From the NCBI GenBank assembly GCA_044226625.1, contig JBGAGQ010000002.1, forward strand, positions 96,001 through 160,000: a stretch of DNA of 64,000 nt, given 5' to 3'. The notes beneath the pieces were generated by a model that ran no database searches, was not told the DNA's origin, and saw nothing but the letters and a program-made list of their open reading frames with translations. The number at the start of each line of letters is the position of its first letter. Positions within the stretch are counted from its first letter, which is position 1. The translations under genes and the position numbers were made by a program. Shown in pieces: positions 41,897 to 51,689 of this stretch. Origin of the DNA: Thermoanaerobaculia bacterium. Its GTDB lineage: Bacteria > Acidobacteriota > Thermoanaerobaculia > Multivoradales > UBA5704.

Positions 41897-42610
41897 ATGA
41901 CGAGCCCGCGGCAAGTCGATTGCGTCCTCATCGACCGCATCCCGTACGCGCGCGCGGTCGAGCTCCAGCTCGCCGCCCGCGAGGGAATCCGTCGCCGGGG
42001 GGAGCGCGAGCGTCTGTTTCTCCTCGAGCACCCCCACGTCTACACGCTCGGACGTAACGCCTCGATCGCCGATCTCTTGGTCGACCCGGGTTGGCTCGCG
42101 GCGCATCAGGTGGAGATCGCCGAGACGGACCGAGGCGGCCAGATGACCTATCACGGTCCGGGGCAGCTGGTGGGCTACCCGATCTTGAACCTCTCGCCCG
42201 ACCGGCGCGACGTGCGCCGCTACGTCCGCGATCTGCAGGAGACGCTGATCCGCACGCTCGCGGTCTTCGACATCTCCGCCGAGCCGCGGGACGGCCAGGC
42301 GTTCGTGGGCGTCTGGGTCGGAGAGGAGAAGATCGCCTCGATCGGGATCCACCTGTCGCGCTGGATCACCACCCACGGCTTCGCGCTCAACGTCACGACC
42401 GATCTCTCGATGTTCGGCGGCATCGTTCCCTGCGGCCTTCGAGGCATCGGGATGACCTCGATCGAGCGCCTGACGGGGGGGAGCCCCGCCGTTCGCGAGG
42501 TGGCGCGGATCTACGCCGGGATCTTCGCCGAGGTGTTCGATCGCGAGCTGATCTCGTCGCCGCCCGAGGGGGCGGAAACACCATGCCCCAGCGTGTCGAT
42601 CTCGGCCTGA
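41897..42610 (+). CDS. lipB: Lipoyl(octanoyl) transferase
   Basis: LLEHPHVYTLG, DRGGQMTYHGPGQLVGYPI, KIASIG, HGFALNV, IVPCG. Confidence 0.96.
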   Translation: MTSPRQVDCVLIDRIPYARAVELQLAAREGIRRRGERERLFLLEHPHVYTLGRNASIADLLVDPGWLAAHQVEIAETDRGGQMTYHGPGQLVGYPILNLSPDRRDVRRYVRDLQETLIRTLAVFDISAEPRDGQAFVGVWVGEEKIASIGIHLSRWITTHGFALNVTTDLSMFGGIVPCGLRGIGMTSIERLTGGSPAVREVARIYAGIFAEVFDRELISSPPEGAETPCPSVSISA

Positions 42611-43557
42611 ACGCGGTCATCGTCGCGGTGACCGAGGAGGTACCGCGCATCCTCGTCGTCCGCCGCGGGCCCGCGGGGCGGAGCGCCCAAGGGGCCGAGG
42701 ACGCATTGCCGTTCGGCCCGCTCGACCCGGAGAGCGATCCGACCCTCGAACGGGGGCTCAGGCGCTGGGTTCACGAGCAGACCGGGCTCGAGCTGGGGTA
42801 CGTCGAGCAGCTCTACACTTTCGGCAATCGTCTGCGCGACCCCGCGGAGGCGGCGACGGGCGGGCGTTCCATTTCGGTCGCCTATCTCGCCCTGGTTCGG
42901 GAGCGCCAGACTCACGGCAGCGGCTCGGCGCGCTGGGAGGACATCTACGGTTACCTCCCGTGGGAGGACTGGCGCGAGGGTCGGCCGGAGATCATCGAAC
43001 GCGCAATTTTGCCCGGGATCGAGCGCTGGATCCGCAGCGGCGACGTCGGGCATCGGAGCGAGCGCCGCGAGCGTGCCGACATCGCCTTCGGACTCTCCGG
43101 CGTCGCCTGGGACGGCGAGCGAGTTCTCGAGCGCTATGAGCTCCTCTACGAAGCCCACCTGGTCGAGGAGGCTCGCCGGGACGGCCAGGAGCCGGAACCC
43201 GGCGGGCCGCCCGAAACCCCCTGGCTCGGCCGCATCGCCGCCCTCGACCACCGCCGGATCCTCGCGAGCGCGCTCGGCCGGCTTCGGGGCAAGCTCAAAT
43301 ACCGACCCGTGGTCTTCGAGCTCCTGCCGCCGCGTTTCACCCTCTTCCAGCTGCAGCGGGTGGTCGAGGCGCTCGCGGGCGTGCGGCTCCACAAGCAGAA
43401 CTTCCGGCGCCTGGTCGAATCCGGGGGCCTGGTCGAGGGAACGGGCCGGCTGACCGAAAAGACCGGCGGCCGGCCCGCGGAGCTGTTCGTCTTCCGGCGC
43501 GAGGTGCTACGGGAACGCCCCGCGCCGGGGGTGGGACTGCCAGGGGTCCGGCGGTAG
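42583..43557 (+). CDS. nadQ: NadQ (Nudix-like, NrtR-related) NAD biosynthesis repressor
   Basis: LNAVIVAV, EQTGLELGYVEQLYTFG, DHRRILA, KYRPVVFELLP, FTLFQLQ, LHKQNFRRL, GRPAELF. Confidence 0.88.
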   Translation: MPQRVDLGLNAVIVAVTEEVPRILVVRRGPAGRSAQGAEDALPFGPLDPESDPTLERGLRRWVHEQTGLELGYVEQLYTFGNRLRDPAEAATGGRSISVAYLALVRERQTHGSGSARWEDIYGYLPWEDWREGRPEIIERAILPGIERWIRSGDVGHRSERRERADIAFGLSGVAWDGERVLERYELLYEAHLVEEARRDGQEPEPGGPPETPWLGRIAALDHRRILASALGRLRGKLKYRPVVFELLPPRFTLFQLQRVVEALAGVRLHKQNFRRLVESGGLVEGTGRLTEKTGGRPAELFVFRREVLRERPAPGVGLPGVRR

Positions 43558-43576
43558 GCGGCGGGCCCTCGAGCTT

Positions 43577-45628
43577 CTACCTTTCCTCGAAGACGTACTC
43601 GTGCTGTGCGTCGCGCAGGGTGAGAGTCCGCTTGGCACCTGCCCCGACGACGAATTCGAATCCCGAAACACCCGGAGCGGTGGTCAGGAACGAAACCGAT
43701 CCATCCGGGTTCTTGCGGGAGGCGACCTCGCTCTTCCATTCGCCGAAATCGAAGACGGTCGCTGCCCCGTCCTTGGTCACCGCGATCTCGCCGAGGGCGG
43801 CGTTCGCGTAGCCGGAAGCGAGCTTGGCCGACTCCGCCGGATCGGCAGGGACGGTGAGGAGCTTGCGGTCGACGGCGACCTGCTCGTAGAAGGCTTTGGC
43901 CGCCGCGGCGACCGAGGCGTCGGCCTCCGGATGACCGTCGAACAGGACCTCGAGGAGCTTGCGCTGGAAGGAGCCGCGGATCAGCCAGCCGAGGTCGGCG
44001 TTGGTGAGCACCACCGCGCCGACGTTCTGCTCGGGCAGCCAGATCATGTCGCTGTGGTACCCGACCATGTCGCCGCCGTGATGAACGACCGGCACGCCGT
44101 AGGTCGAGTCGACCATCAGGCCCATGCCGTAGACGGCGCTTTCGCCGAGCGGCACCTTCTTCTCGCGCCGCTCGAGCAGCGGCTCTTTGCCGATGTAGCG
44201 CGTACCGTCGGGAAGCGTCCCCTGGCGAAGCTCCATCGCCACGTACTTCAACATGTCGTTGACGCTGCTCCAGCCCGCGCCGGCCGGACGAAGGGGGAGG
44301 ACTGAGTAGTCGATGGCGAACACGGCGCGACTCTGTCGGCCGTCGAGGTCGGGAGCGTGCGCCGTGGCGTGGTTGCCCGCGAGCGCCTTGGCGTAGTCGA
44401 AGGTGGTCGAGCTCATGCCGAGGGGATCGAACACCTGTGTCTGCATCGCCTTGTCGTAGGCCGCGCCGAGCTCCAAATCGGGATAGAGCACGTGACCGCC
44501 GATGAATCCGGCCGCCCCGGCGAGCAGGTTCGAGTACTGGAACATCTCGCCGAACTTGCTGGTCGGTTGGACCGTCGCGAGCGTCGACATCGCCCCTTCG
44601 GGCGTCATCCCACCGTACTGGAGCAGCCACTCCATGTCCTGGCGGGGGAGCCCCGTGCAGGCACAGATCAAATGCTCGACGAGCACGCGGCTCGTCGTGT
44701 CGGCGTCGCCGAGCTTGAAGCTCGGGAGGAGTGAGGTCACCGGCGTCGTCCAGGTGAGCTTTCCCTGTTCGACCAGCTTCGCGAGCAGGAGCGTCGTGAG
44801 CCCTTTGGTGTTCGAGGCGATCATGTACAGCGTGTCGGCGTCGACCTTCGTCGGCGTGCCGAGCTCGCGCACGCCGAAGCCGCCCGCGAAGACGACTTTG
44901 CCTTCCTGGACGATGCCGACCGAAACCCCTGGCACACCGGTCGCCTTCTGACCGTCTTCGACGAACTTCGCGAGCGCCGCGAGTCGGGCGGCGTCGAGCC
45001 GGTTCGCCTTCTTGCCGGCGAACGTCTCACGCGTCACACCTTTGGGCAGCAGTTTGCCGAACATCAAACCGAGCTGCGCGGCCCGCTTTTCCTCGACCGC
45101 CTGGTCCATGTCGACGATCACGACGTTCCACGCGCCACCCGCGAAGCGGACCCGCGCCGCGACGTCCCGCTTCTCGTTCGGCGAGGTCTGGTAGACGAAG
45201 ATCCGCTGCTTCGTCCAACCGTCCCGGTCGGGCGCGTCGTGCGTGGCGAGCAGCGGCCATTTCGGTTCCTTGAAAGCGGCCCACGCCGCGGCGAGCGCCG
45301 CTTCCGCGTCCTTCGCCTCGACGTCGACGATCGCGATCCACGAATCCCCTTCTGGAGCTTCGAGGATCGTCGCCGGCCCGCGCACCGAAACGCTCCATCC
45401 CGCCGGTGCGACGAACGGATTGCCGCGCACGGTCGTTTTCGGGGTGTCGGCTGCGAGCCGCTCGGCCGCGGCGGCCGCGGCAGAAGAGGCCGGGTTGGCT
45501 GGCGCCGCATGCGCCGTCTGGGCGGCAGGACAGCAGGTGAAGAGCAGGAGCGCGACAGCGGAAACGTGGGAGGCTGCGCGCAGGGCCATGAGGAGAGTCG
45601 ATGGGTGGGCAGAACGCGGCATCGCCAT
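43577..45628 (-). CDS. Exported serine hydrolase (beta-lactamase class C/AmpC-like family)
   Basis: ASNTK (SxxK), FQYSN, HHGG; N-terminal signal. Confidence 0.9.
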   Translation of the reverse strand: MAMPRSAHPSTLLMALRAASHVSAVALLLFTCCPAAQTAHAAPANPASSAAAAAAERLAADTPKTTVRGNPFVAPAGWSVSVRGPATILEAPEGDSWIAIVDVEAKDAEAALAAAWAAFKEPKWPLLATHDAPDRDGWTKQRIFVYQTSPNEKRDVAARVRFAGGAWNVVIVDMDQAVEEKRAAQLGLMFGKLLPKGVTRETFAGKKANRLDAARLAALAKFVEDGQKATGVPGVSVGIVQEGKVVFAGGFGVRELGTPTKVDADTLYMIASNTKGLTTLLLAKLVEQGKLTWTTPVTSLLPSFKLGDADTTSRVLVEHLICACTGLPRQDMEWLLQYGGMTPEGAMSTLATVQPTSKFGEMFQYSNLLAGAAGFIGGHVLYPDLELGAAYDKAMQTQVFDPLGMSSTTFDYAKALAGNHATAHAPDLDGRQSRAVFAIDYSVLPLRPAGAGWSSVNDMLKYVAMELRQGTLPDGTRYIGKEPLLERREKKVPLGESAVYGMGLMVDSTYGVPVVHHGGDMVGYHSDMIWLPEQNVGAVVLTNADLGWLIRGSFQRKLLEVLFDGHPEADASVAAAAKAFYEQVAVDRKLLTVPADPAESAKLASGYANAALGEIAVTKDGAATVFDFGEWKSEVASRKNPDGSVSFLTTAPGVSGFEFVVGAGAKRTLTLRDAQHEYVFEER

Positions 45629-45793
45629 GGCGTACCCCTATCGTCAAAACTCGGTCCTCTTGAAAAGGACCGGGGAAGGTTTCCGTAAGGATACGAGGAT
45701 GGCGAAGCAGGGTTTTGCGTTTGCTCGAATCTCGGGACGAACGCGCCGCCACCCGGTGCGGCCCCGCGCAGCAGGGTGCGCGAATGCGGCGGG

Positions 45794-46813
45794 TTACGAA
45801 ATCGCGAGCCGGGCCGCCTCGACGAGCGCTGGGATCGCCGAATCGGGAAACGGCGCGACGCTGCTCACGTTGATCTCGCAGAGGGCGTAGCGCTCCTCGT
45901 CGTCCCGCTCCCGCTCGCCGAGCAGGAAATCGGCGTCCCAGAGGAGCGGGAGCTCGCGCGGTGCGAGCCTGAGCCGCTCGCGAATCTGGTCCACCCACTC
46001 CTCGTCGAGCCGACGGCGTAGCTCGGCGAAGCGGAGATCGTCGACACCGCTGTAGAGACGCGGCCCCGGTTCGGGAGCTGGTACTTCGCCTTCCGCGGGA
46101 TAGAGCGCGTTGACCGCCTGATGGCCGAAACCGGCGACCTTGTTGCGCACGAGGTACGCTCGGATCATCCCCTCGCGCAGGCGCGGTTGCCAGCTCTGGT
46201 CGATCATGTGGCCACCGTCGGCGAAGTAGGGGGCCATGGTTTCGAGCAGTTGTTCGAAGGGGACCGTTTGCTCGACCGAACCGCGCTGGGCGTGACGCAA
46301 ACGGACGGTTTCTGAATCGACTCGCTCGACTCTCCAGACTCCGATGCCGCTGTGGCCGCGATGCTGCTTGAGCACGCGGGGCCCCTTGGCGAGTCGAAGC
46401 GGAAGCTCGGATCGCAGCTGGTCTAGGTCGTCGACGCGCTGAGCGTCGCATCCGAACGGAAGGTCGCGGAGCTCGACCAGGGCGTCCTTCGTCCCCATGC
46501 GGAGGATCACCTCGGGATGCGCGCTCACGAACGTCCCGCCCTTCGCCACCCGCCGGAGCATCGCATCCAGCACCTGCCGCGTCCGCCCTTTCTCGATCGG
46601 GTTGTGCCAAACGAGAACGCCCCGCACCTCGCGGAGCTGCGCTTCCACCTCGTCGCAGAATTCGTCGTGATAGATCGCGGGCTCGACGGCGACGCCGGCC
46701 TCCCTAAACGCACGGAAGAGCGCCGCGAACCGACTCGCCGCAGGATCCGACCGGTCTCGGGCGGCGCGATCGCCAGGGTAGAGGAGGGCGAGGCGGGGGG
46801 AGGGGGTGGTCAT
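45794..46813 (-). CDS. Cj0069-family ATP-grasp-like protein
   Basis: GVLVWHNPI, VSAHPEVILRMGTK, RVLKQHRG, EGMIRAY, WDADF, LCEINVSSV. Confidence 0.8.
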   Translation of the reverse strand: MTTPSPRLALLYPGDRAARDRSDPAASRFAALFRAFREAGVAVEPAIYHDEFCDEVEAQLREVRGVLVWHNPIEKGRTRQVLDAMLRRVAKGGTFVSAHPEVILRMGTKDALVELRDLPFGCDAQRVDDLDQLRSELPLRLAKGPRVLKQHRGHSGIGVWRVERVDSETVRLRHAQRGSVEQTVPFEQLLETMAPYFADGGHMIDQSWQPRLREGMIRAYLVRNKVAGFGHQAVNALYPAEGEVPAPEPGPRLYSGVDDLRFAELRRRLDEEWVDQIRERLRLAPRELPLLWDADFLLGERERDDEERYALCEINVSSVAPFPDSAIPALVEAARLAIS

Positions 46814-47013
46814 GAGTCTTTGGTCCTCAGAGGGATGGTCGGATGCTACTCCGGACCGAGGCGGCGCCGTTGACTCTTCCAACGAATCGTGCGAGGTTTT
46901 TCCCGGGCCCCGGACGAGAATTACAGTGGACTGGCTCCGAAGGCCCTCGCCACGCGAGAGAACGCCGACTGGACCGATGGAAGGCGATCCCAATCGCCGT
47001 GAACCTGCGAGCT

Positions 47014-48102
47014 ATGCCCAAGAACAACTTTTCGATTTTTCCACTCGTTCTGTTCCTACTCCTCTTTGCGGACTTCCCTGCTCTCGCCCTCGAACCGGTG
47101 ATCCTGGCGACCAACTGGAAGGCCGAAGCCGAGCACGGCGGGTTCTACCAGGCCATCGCCAAGGGGATCTACAAAAAGCACGGGCTCGAGGTCACGCTTC
47201 GGATGGGCGGACCCCAGGTCAACAACCCGCAGCTTCTCGCGGCCGGGGTGGTGGATTTCAACGTCGGCTCGAGCTCTTTCTCGGCGTTGAACTACGTCAA
47301 GGCGAAGATCCCGATGGTGACCGTCGCGGCGATCTTCCAGAAGGACCCCCAGGTGCTGCTGGCCCACCCGGGCCAAGGGAACGGCTCCCTCGCGGCGATG
47401 AAGGGGAAGCCGATCCTGATCGCGCCGGCCGCGCGGCTCACGTTCTGGAATTTCCTGAAGATTCGCTTCGGCTATACCGACGATCAGATCCGGACCTACA
47501 CTTTCAACATGGCGCCGTTTCTCGCCGACAAGAAGGCGATCCAGGAGGGGTACCTCACGAGCGAGCCGTTCACCCTCCGGAAGGCGGGCTTGAAGCCGGT
47601 CGTCCACGTGCTGGCGGACCATGGGTTCGACAGCTATTCGACGACGATCGAATGCTCTTGGAGGTTGGTGGAGGAGCATCCCGACCGAGTGCAGCGATTC
47701 GTCGACGCGAGCGTCGAGGGCTGGTACGACTATCTCTACGGCGACCCGGGTCCGGGGAATGCCCTGATCAAAAAGGACAATCCGGAGATGACTGACGATC
47801 TGCTCGCCTACGGCCGAGAGGCGATGAAGACGCATGGGGTGGTCGATTCGGGCGATGCGAAGACCCTTGGCATCGGGGCCATGACGGACGCGCGATGGAA
47901 ACGGTTTGCGACGGACATGATCAAAGCAGGCCTTTATCCGGCGAACCTCGACCTCCAGCGGGCTTACACGCTTCGGTTCGTGAATCGTAGGGTCGGCATG
48001 AAACCGGAGGCGCCTCAGGGAAAACCCGGCGTGAAGGCGGGAGGAGCGAAAGGCTCGGGTAAGGGGGGAACTCATGGCAGGGCCGAGCGCGGCCGGAGCT
48101 GA
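47014..48102 (+). CDS. NMT1/THI5-like ABC substrate-binding protein
   Basis: Signal peptide, TNWKAEAEHGGFYQA, GGPQVN, FQKDPQ, GYLTSEP. Confidence 0.9.
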   Translation: MPKNNFSIFPLVLFLLLFADFPALALEPVILATNWKAEAEHGGFYQAIAKGIYKKHGLEVTLRMGGPQVNNPQLLAAGVVDFNVGSSSFSALNYVKAKIPMVTVAAIFQKDPQVLLAHPGQGNGSLAAMKGKPILIAPAARLTFWNFLKIRFGYTDDQIRTYTFNMAPFLADKKAIQEGYLTSEPFTLRKAGLKPVVHVLADHGFDSYSTTIECSWRLVEEHPDRVQRFVDASVEGWYDYLYGDPGPGNALIKKDNPEMTDDLLAYGREAMKTHGVVDSGDAKTLGIGAMTDARWKRFATDMIKAGLYPANLDLQRAYTLRFVNRRVGMKPEAPQGKPGVKAGGAKGSGKGGTHGRAERGRS

Positions 48103-48856
48103 CGCCGAGCCGGTCGTCCGCCTCTCCGGTGTGTCGCAGCGCTTTCCCGGAGGGGTGACCGCGCTCTCCGGCCTCGATCTCGACGTCCGAGCGGGGGAGT
48201 GGCTGAGCCTGCTCGGGCCCTCCGGGTGCGGCAAGAGCACGGCGCTTCGATCGATCGCTGGGCTGCTCGAGCCGTCGGATGGATCGGTCGAGCGTAACCT
48301 TCCCAAACGCCCCGGAAGTTCTTCGATCGGTTTCGTCTTTCAAGAGCCGACGCTCATGCCTTGGGCGACGGTCGAAGGAAACGTCGCCCTACCGCTTCAG
48401 ATTTTGAAGTGGTCGACGGCGGAGATTCGTGCCCGGGTCGGCGAGCTGATCGAGCGCGTGGGGCTTTCCGGTTTCGAGCGCGCTCGGCCGCGCGAGCTTT
48501 CGGGCGGAATGAAGATGCGCGTCTCGATCGCGCGGGCGCTTGCGGCGACGCCGCGGCTGCTGCTGCTCGACGAGCCGTTCGCCGCGCTCGACGAGATCAC
48601 CCGCACGCGGTTGAACGACGAATTGCTCGCGCTCTTTCGCGGGGAGGGCCTAACGGTCGTCTTCGTCACCCACAGTGTGTGGGAGGCGGTCTATCTCTCC
48701 AGCCGGATCGCGATCTTCTCGAATCGTCCGGGACGGGTGGCCGGGGAGGTGGCGATCGATCCCGCGCTGCCACGCGACGCGACGTTTCGAGAGTCGCCCG
48801 AGTACCTCGCGTTCTGTCGAGAGGTTTCGGCAAAGCTCGCTGAGGCGATGGCATGA
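48074..48856 (+). CDS. NitT/TauT-family ABC ATP-binding protein
   Basis: GPSGCGKST, FQEPTLMPW, LSGGMKMR, DEPFAALD. Confidence 0.93.
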   Translation: MAGPSAAGADAEPVVRLSGVSQRFPGGVTALSGLDLDVRAGEWLSLLGPSGCGKSTALRSIAGLLEPSDGSVERNLPKRPGSSSIGFVFQEPTLMPWATVEGNVALPLQILKWSTAEIRARVGELIERVGLSGFERARPRELSGGMKMRVSIARALAATPRLLLLDEPFAALDEITRTRLNDELLALFRGEGLTVVFVTHSVWEAVYLSSRIAIFSNRPGRVAGEVAIDPALPRDATFRESPEYLAFCREVSAKLAEAMA

Positions 48857-49674
48857 GCGAGGTGAAGCGGAGCCGCGACGGACGCGTCGCGATTCGAAGG
48901 ATCCAGGCCCTCGGGCTTCCGCTCCTCGTGATGCTGTCGTTCCTTTCGGCTTGGGAAGGGATCGTGCGCTGGCGTGAGATCCCCGAATACATCCTTCCGG
49001 GGCCGCTCCGGATCGCCACCGCGCTAGGCGAGAGCTGGTCCGTTCTCTATCCCTCGCTCCTCGTCACCCTCGCCGTGACGGGGGAGGCGCTGCTCGCAGC
49101 GGTCGTCCTCGGCGGCGGGCTCGCGGTCCTGCTTGCGCAGTCGCGCTGGATCGAGCGGAGCTTCTATCCTCTCGCGGTCGTCTTGCAGGTGACGCCGATC
49201 GTGGCGATCGCGCCCCTTCTATTGATCTGGATCCACGACGTCCGTACCGCGCTCGTCCTGTGCGCGGCGATCGTCGCGTTTTTCCCCATCGTCGCGAACA
49301 CCACCCTTGGCTTGAATAGCGCGGACCACAACCTACTCGATCTGATGAAGCTCTACGGAGCCTCGCGCTGGCAGACCTTCCGCCGCGTGAGACTGCCGGG
49401 CGCGCTGCCCTATTTTCTCGGTGGCTTGCGGATCAGCGGCGGTCTCGCCCTGGTCGGCGCCGTGGTGGCGGAGTTCGTGGCCGGGAGCGGCGGCGTCGAG
49501 ACGGGCCTCGCCTACCGAATCCTGGAATCTGGATACACGTTGCAGATCCCGCGAATGTTCGCGGCGCTCGGGCTTCTTGCAGGGGCCGGGGTAGCGATTT
49601 GGGCGGCGCTTGCCGGCCTGTCGTCGCTGCTCCTTCGCGGTTGGCACGAGAGCGCGCTCCGGCGAGACGGCTGA
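48853..49674 (+). CDS. NitT/TauT-family ABC permease
   Basis: TPIVAIAPL, LPYFLGGLRI, GAVVAEF; ATGA overlap. Confidence 0.93.
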   Translation: MSEVKRSRDGRVAIRRIQALGLPLLVMLSFLSAWEGIVRWREIPEYILPGPLRIATALGESWSVLYPSLLVTLAVTGEALLAAVVLGGGLAVLLAQSRWIERSFYPLAVVLQVTPIVAIAPLLLIWIHDVRTALVLCAAIVAFFPIVANTTLGLNSADHNLLDLMKLYGASRWQTFRRVRLPGALPYFLGGLRISGGLALVGAVVAEFVAGSGGVETGLAYRILESGYTLQIPRMFAALGLLAGAGVAIWAALAGLSSLLLRGWHESALRRDG

Positions 49675-49734
49675 TTCGGTGCAGGCCCGGGCGTTCTCCA
49701 CTCTTCAAGGCCTGACGCGCAGGGTTTTTCGCGG

Positions 49735-50400
49735 CTTGGCCGAAATTGGACCTTGGCACAGGCCTGGGTGCTTCGGTACGCCGAAATTTCGCCGCCGCGC
49801 TCCGAAATTTGAAGGCGGCACACCGCACCCGAGGGCGGCGCTCCGAAATTCTTGGGCTGCGCCGCGTCATTTCGGCTTGGCATTCCGAATTCTAAGTTCG
49901 CTCTCCGCGTCGCGGCGTTGCGCTGGTGAATTTTTGCTGGGCGGAGCGGTTTACCCGCCTGACTTTGGGGATTGTCACGTCGTGACTGGGCAGTGCAGCG
50001 TGAACTTTTGGGATTTCTGCGTGGTCATCCTGAAATTCCGCGCGACTTTGACCTCTGCCACGCTCCGACGGGGTAGTGGAAGGTAAATTTTTCGGATTCT
50101 CGGGCGGAAATCGGGAAAGCCGCGTGACTCTGGGCGCTGCCGCGCTGTCTCTCCACTGAGGCGACCCGAACTGGGGCCGTGCCCAGGAGCGCTTCCGCGA
50201 GGCAGGCCGACTTTGGGCTCCGCCACGTTCATTTTCCCCGGAGGCAGGCCGAGATGCGGCGGCGAAGAGTTTCTCTTTCGGCGGGCAGGCTTCTCATGCG
50301 CGCCGATTCGCGAAATCTCCTTGGCGCGGAGAGAAATATGCGAGTCCCGAGCCGGTTTGCGAAATGTCCTCAAACAATCCTCCACGGGGAGGTCCGGACT
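49735..50400. repeat. Non-coding region with ~20.5-bp phased GAAATT-type motifs
   Basis: GAAATT/GAATT at 49742, 49783, 49804, 49845, 49887, 49928 and 50032. Confidence 0.55.
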
Positions 50401-50527
50401 TGGGCGACGCCGCATACGCCTCGAAACCCGGGGCGGAGAGCGCGTGTGCTGAGGCTCACGGAACGAGCGGAGGAAGAGGGTAGGCTTTTTGCAAGCGACG
50501 ACAGCGTGGCCGCACCGTATCGTTCGC

Positions 50528-50559
50528 TTGACGCGGAGTTATGCTCACGTCTAGGATAT
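50528..50559 (+). promoter_or_regulatory. Sigma70-like nadA promoter overlapping a weaker NadQ box
   Basis: TTGACG(50528)-18 nt-TAGGAT(50552); TTATGCTCacgtcTAGGATAT at 50539-50559. Confidence 0.7.
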
Positions 50560-50596
50560 CCATGGGCCGGCGCCGCCGGCTTTTTTCGGGTCGTTA

Positions 50597-50617
50597 ATAT
50601 GCTCACGACGAGCATAA
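50597..50617. promoter_or_regulatory. NadQ operator
   Basis: aTATGCTC-acgac-GAGCATAa, perfect 7-bp arms, matching the known NadQ consensus, just upstream of the nadA SD. Confidence 0.85.
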
Positions 50618-50627
50618 TGGAGATTCG

Positions 50628-51689
50628 ATGAACCAAGGTCCGCTCGCCCCGAGCAGCGCCGCAGCAAACTCCTCGCCGCAAACTCTCGCCTACACTCCGG
50701 AGGTCGCCGCCGCGACCGCCGAGATCTTCAGCCGGGCTCGCTCCGTCATCCCGGAGATCGAGTGGCCGGTTCACGCGCCGTACGTCGCGGCGATCCAGGA
50801 ATGGAAGAAGCGGCGGAACGCCGTCATCCTGGCCCACAACTATCAGTCACCTGAGGTCTACTTCGGGGTCGCCGATTTCTGCGGCGACTCGCTCGCTTTG
50901 GCCCAAGAAGGGGCGAAAACCGACGCCGACGTGATCGTCCTCGCCGGGGTGCACTTCATGGCCGAGACGGCGAAGATCCTGTCGCCGGAAAAGACCGTGC
51001 TGATCCCCGACATGCGCGCCGGCTGTTCGCTCGCCGAGTCGATCACGGCCGAGGACGTGCGCCTCCTGCGCCAGAAATACCCCGGAGTGCCGGTCGTCAC
51101 CTACGTGAACACGTCGGCGGCGGTGAAAGCCGAGACCGACATCTGCTGCACCTCGGCGAACGCCGTCGCGGTGGTCGAGTCGCTGGGCGTGCCCCGGGTG
51201 ATCTTCCTACCCGACGAATACCTGGGCCAGCACGTCGCGAGTCAGACCGACGTCGAAGTGATCCTTTGGCGCGGCCACTGCGAGGTGCACGAGCGATTCA
51301 CCGGCGGGCAGATCCGCGACTTGAGGTCGCGATACGGCGAAGGGCTCCAGATCCTGGCGCATCCGGAATGTCCGCAGGAGGTCCTCGCGGAGGCTGATTT
51401 CGTCGGCTCGACGGCGGGGATGATTCGCTTCGTCGGTACCGAAAAGCCGAAACGGGTGGTGATGGTGACCGAGTGCTCGATGGCCGATAACGTCTCGGTC
51501 GAGCATCCGGACGTCGAGTTCGTCCGGCCCTGCAACCTGTGCCCGCACATGAAGAGGATCACCTTGCCGAAGATCCTCCACTCGCTCGAGACGATGACCA
51601 CCGCGGTCGAGGTCGATCCCGAGATCGCCGCGAGGGCGCGCCTCGCGGTCGAGCGGATGCTCGCGGTCGGTCGCCGGGAGAGCCGATGA
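50628..51689 (+). CDS. nadA: Quinolinate synthase
   Basis: [51 protein letters not shown]. Confidence 0.97.
   Translation: MNQGPLAPSSAAANSSPQTLAYTPEVAAATAEIFSRARSVIPEIEWPVHAPYVAAIQEWKKRRNAVILAHNYQSPEVYFGVADFCGDSLALAQEGAKTDADVIVLAGVHFMAETAKILSPEKTVLIPDMRAGCSLAESITAEDVRLLRQKYPGVPVVTYVNTSAAVKAETDICCTSANAVAVVESLGVPRVIFLPDEYLGQHVASQTDVEVILWRGHCEVHERFTGGQIRDLRSRYGEGLQILAHPECPQEVLAEADFVGSTAGMIRFVGTEKPKRVVMVTECSMADNVSVEHPDVEFVRPCNLCPHMKRITLPKILHSLETMTTAVEVDPEIAARARLAVERMLAVGRRESR

Noticed and set aside
49610-50631. ORFs 49610-50086, 49975-50415 and 50179-50631 as genes
   Set aside because: No SD or recognisable motifs, atypical composition, and they lie in the periodic tract and nadA promoter
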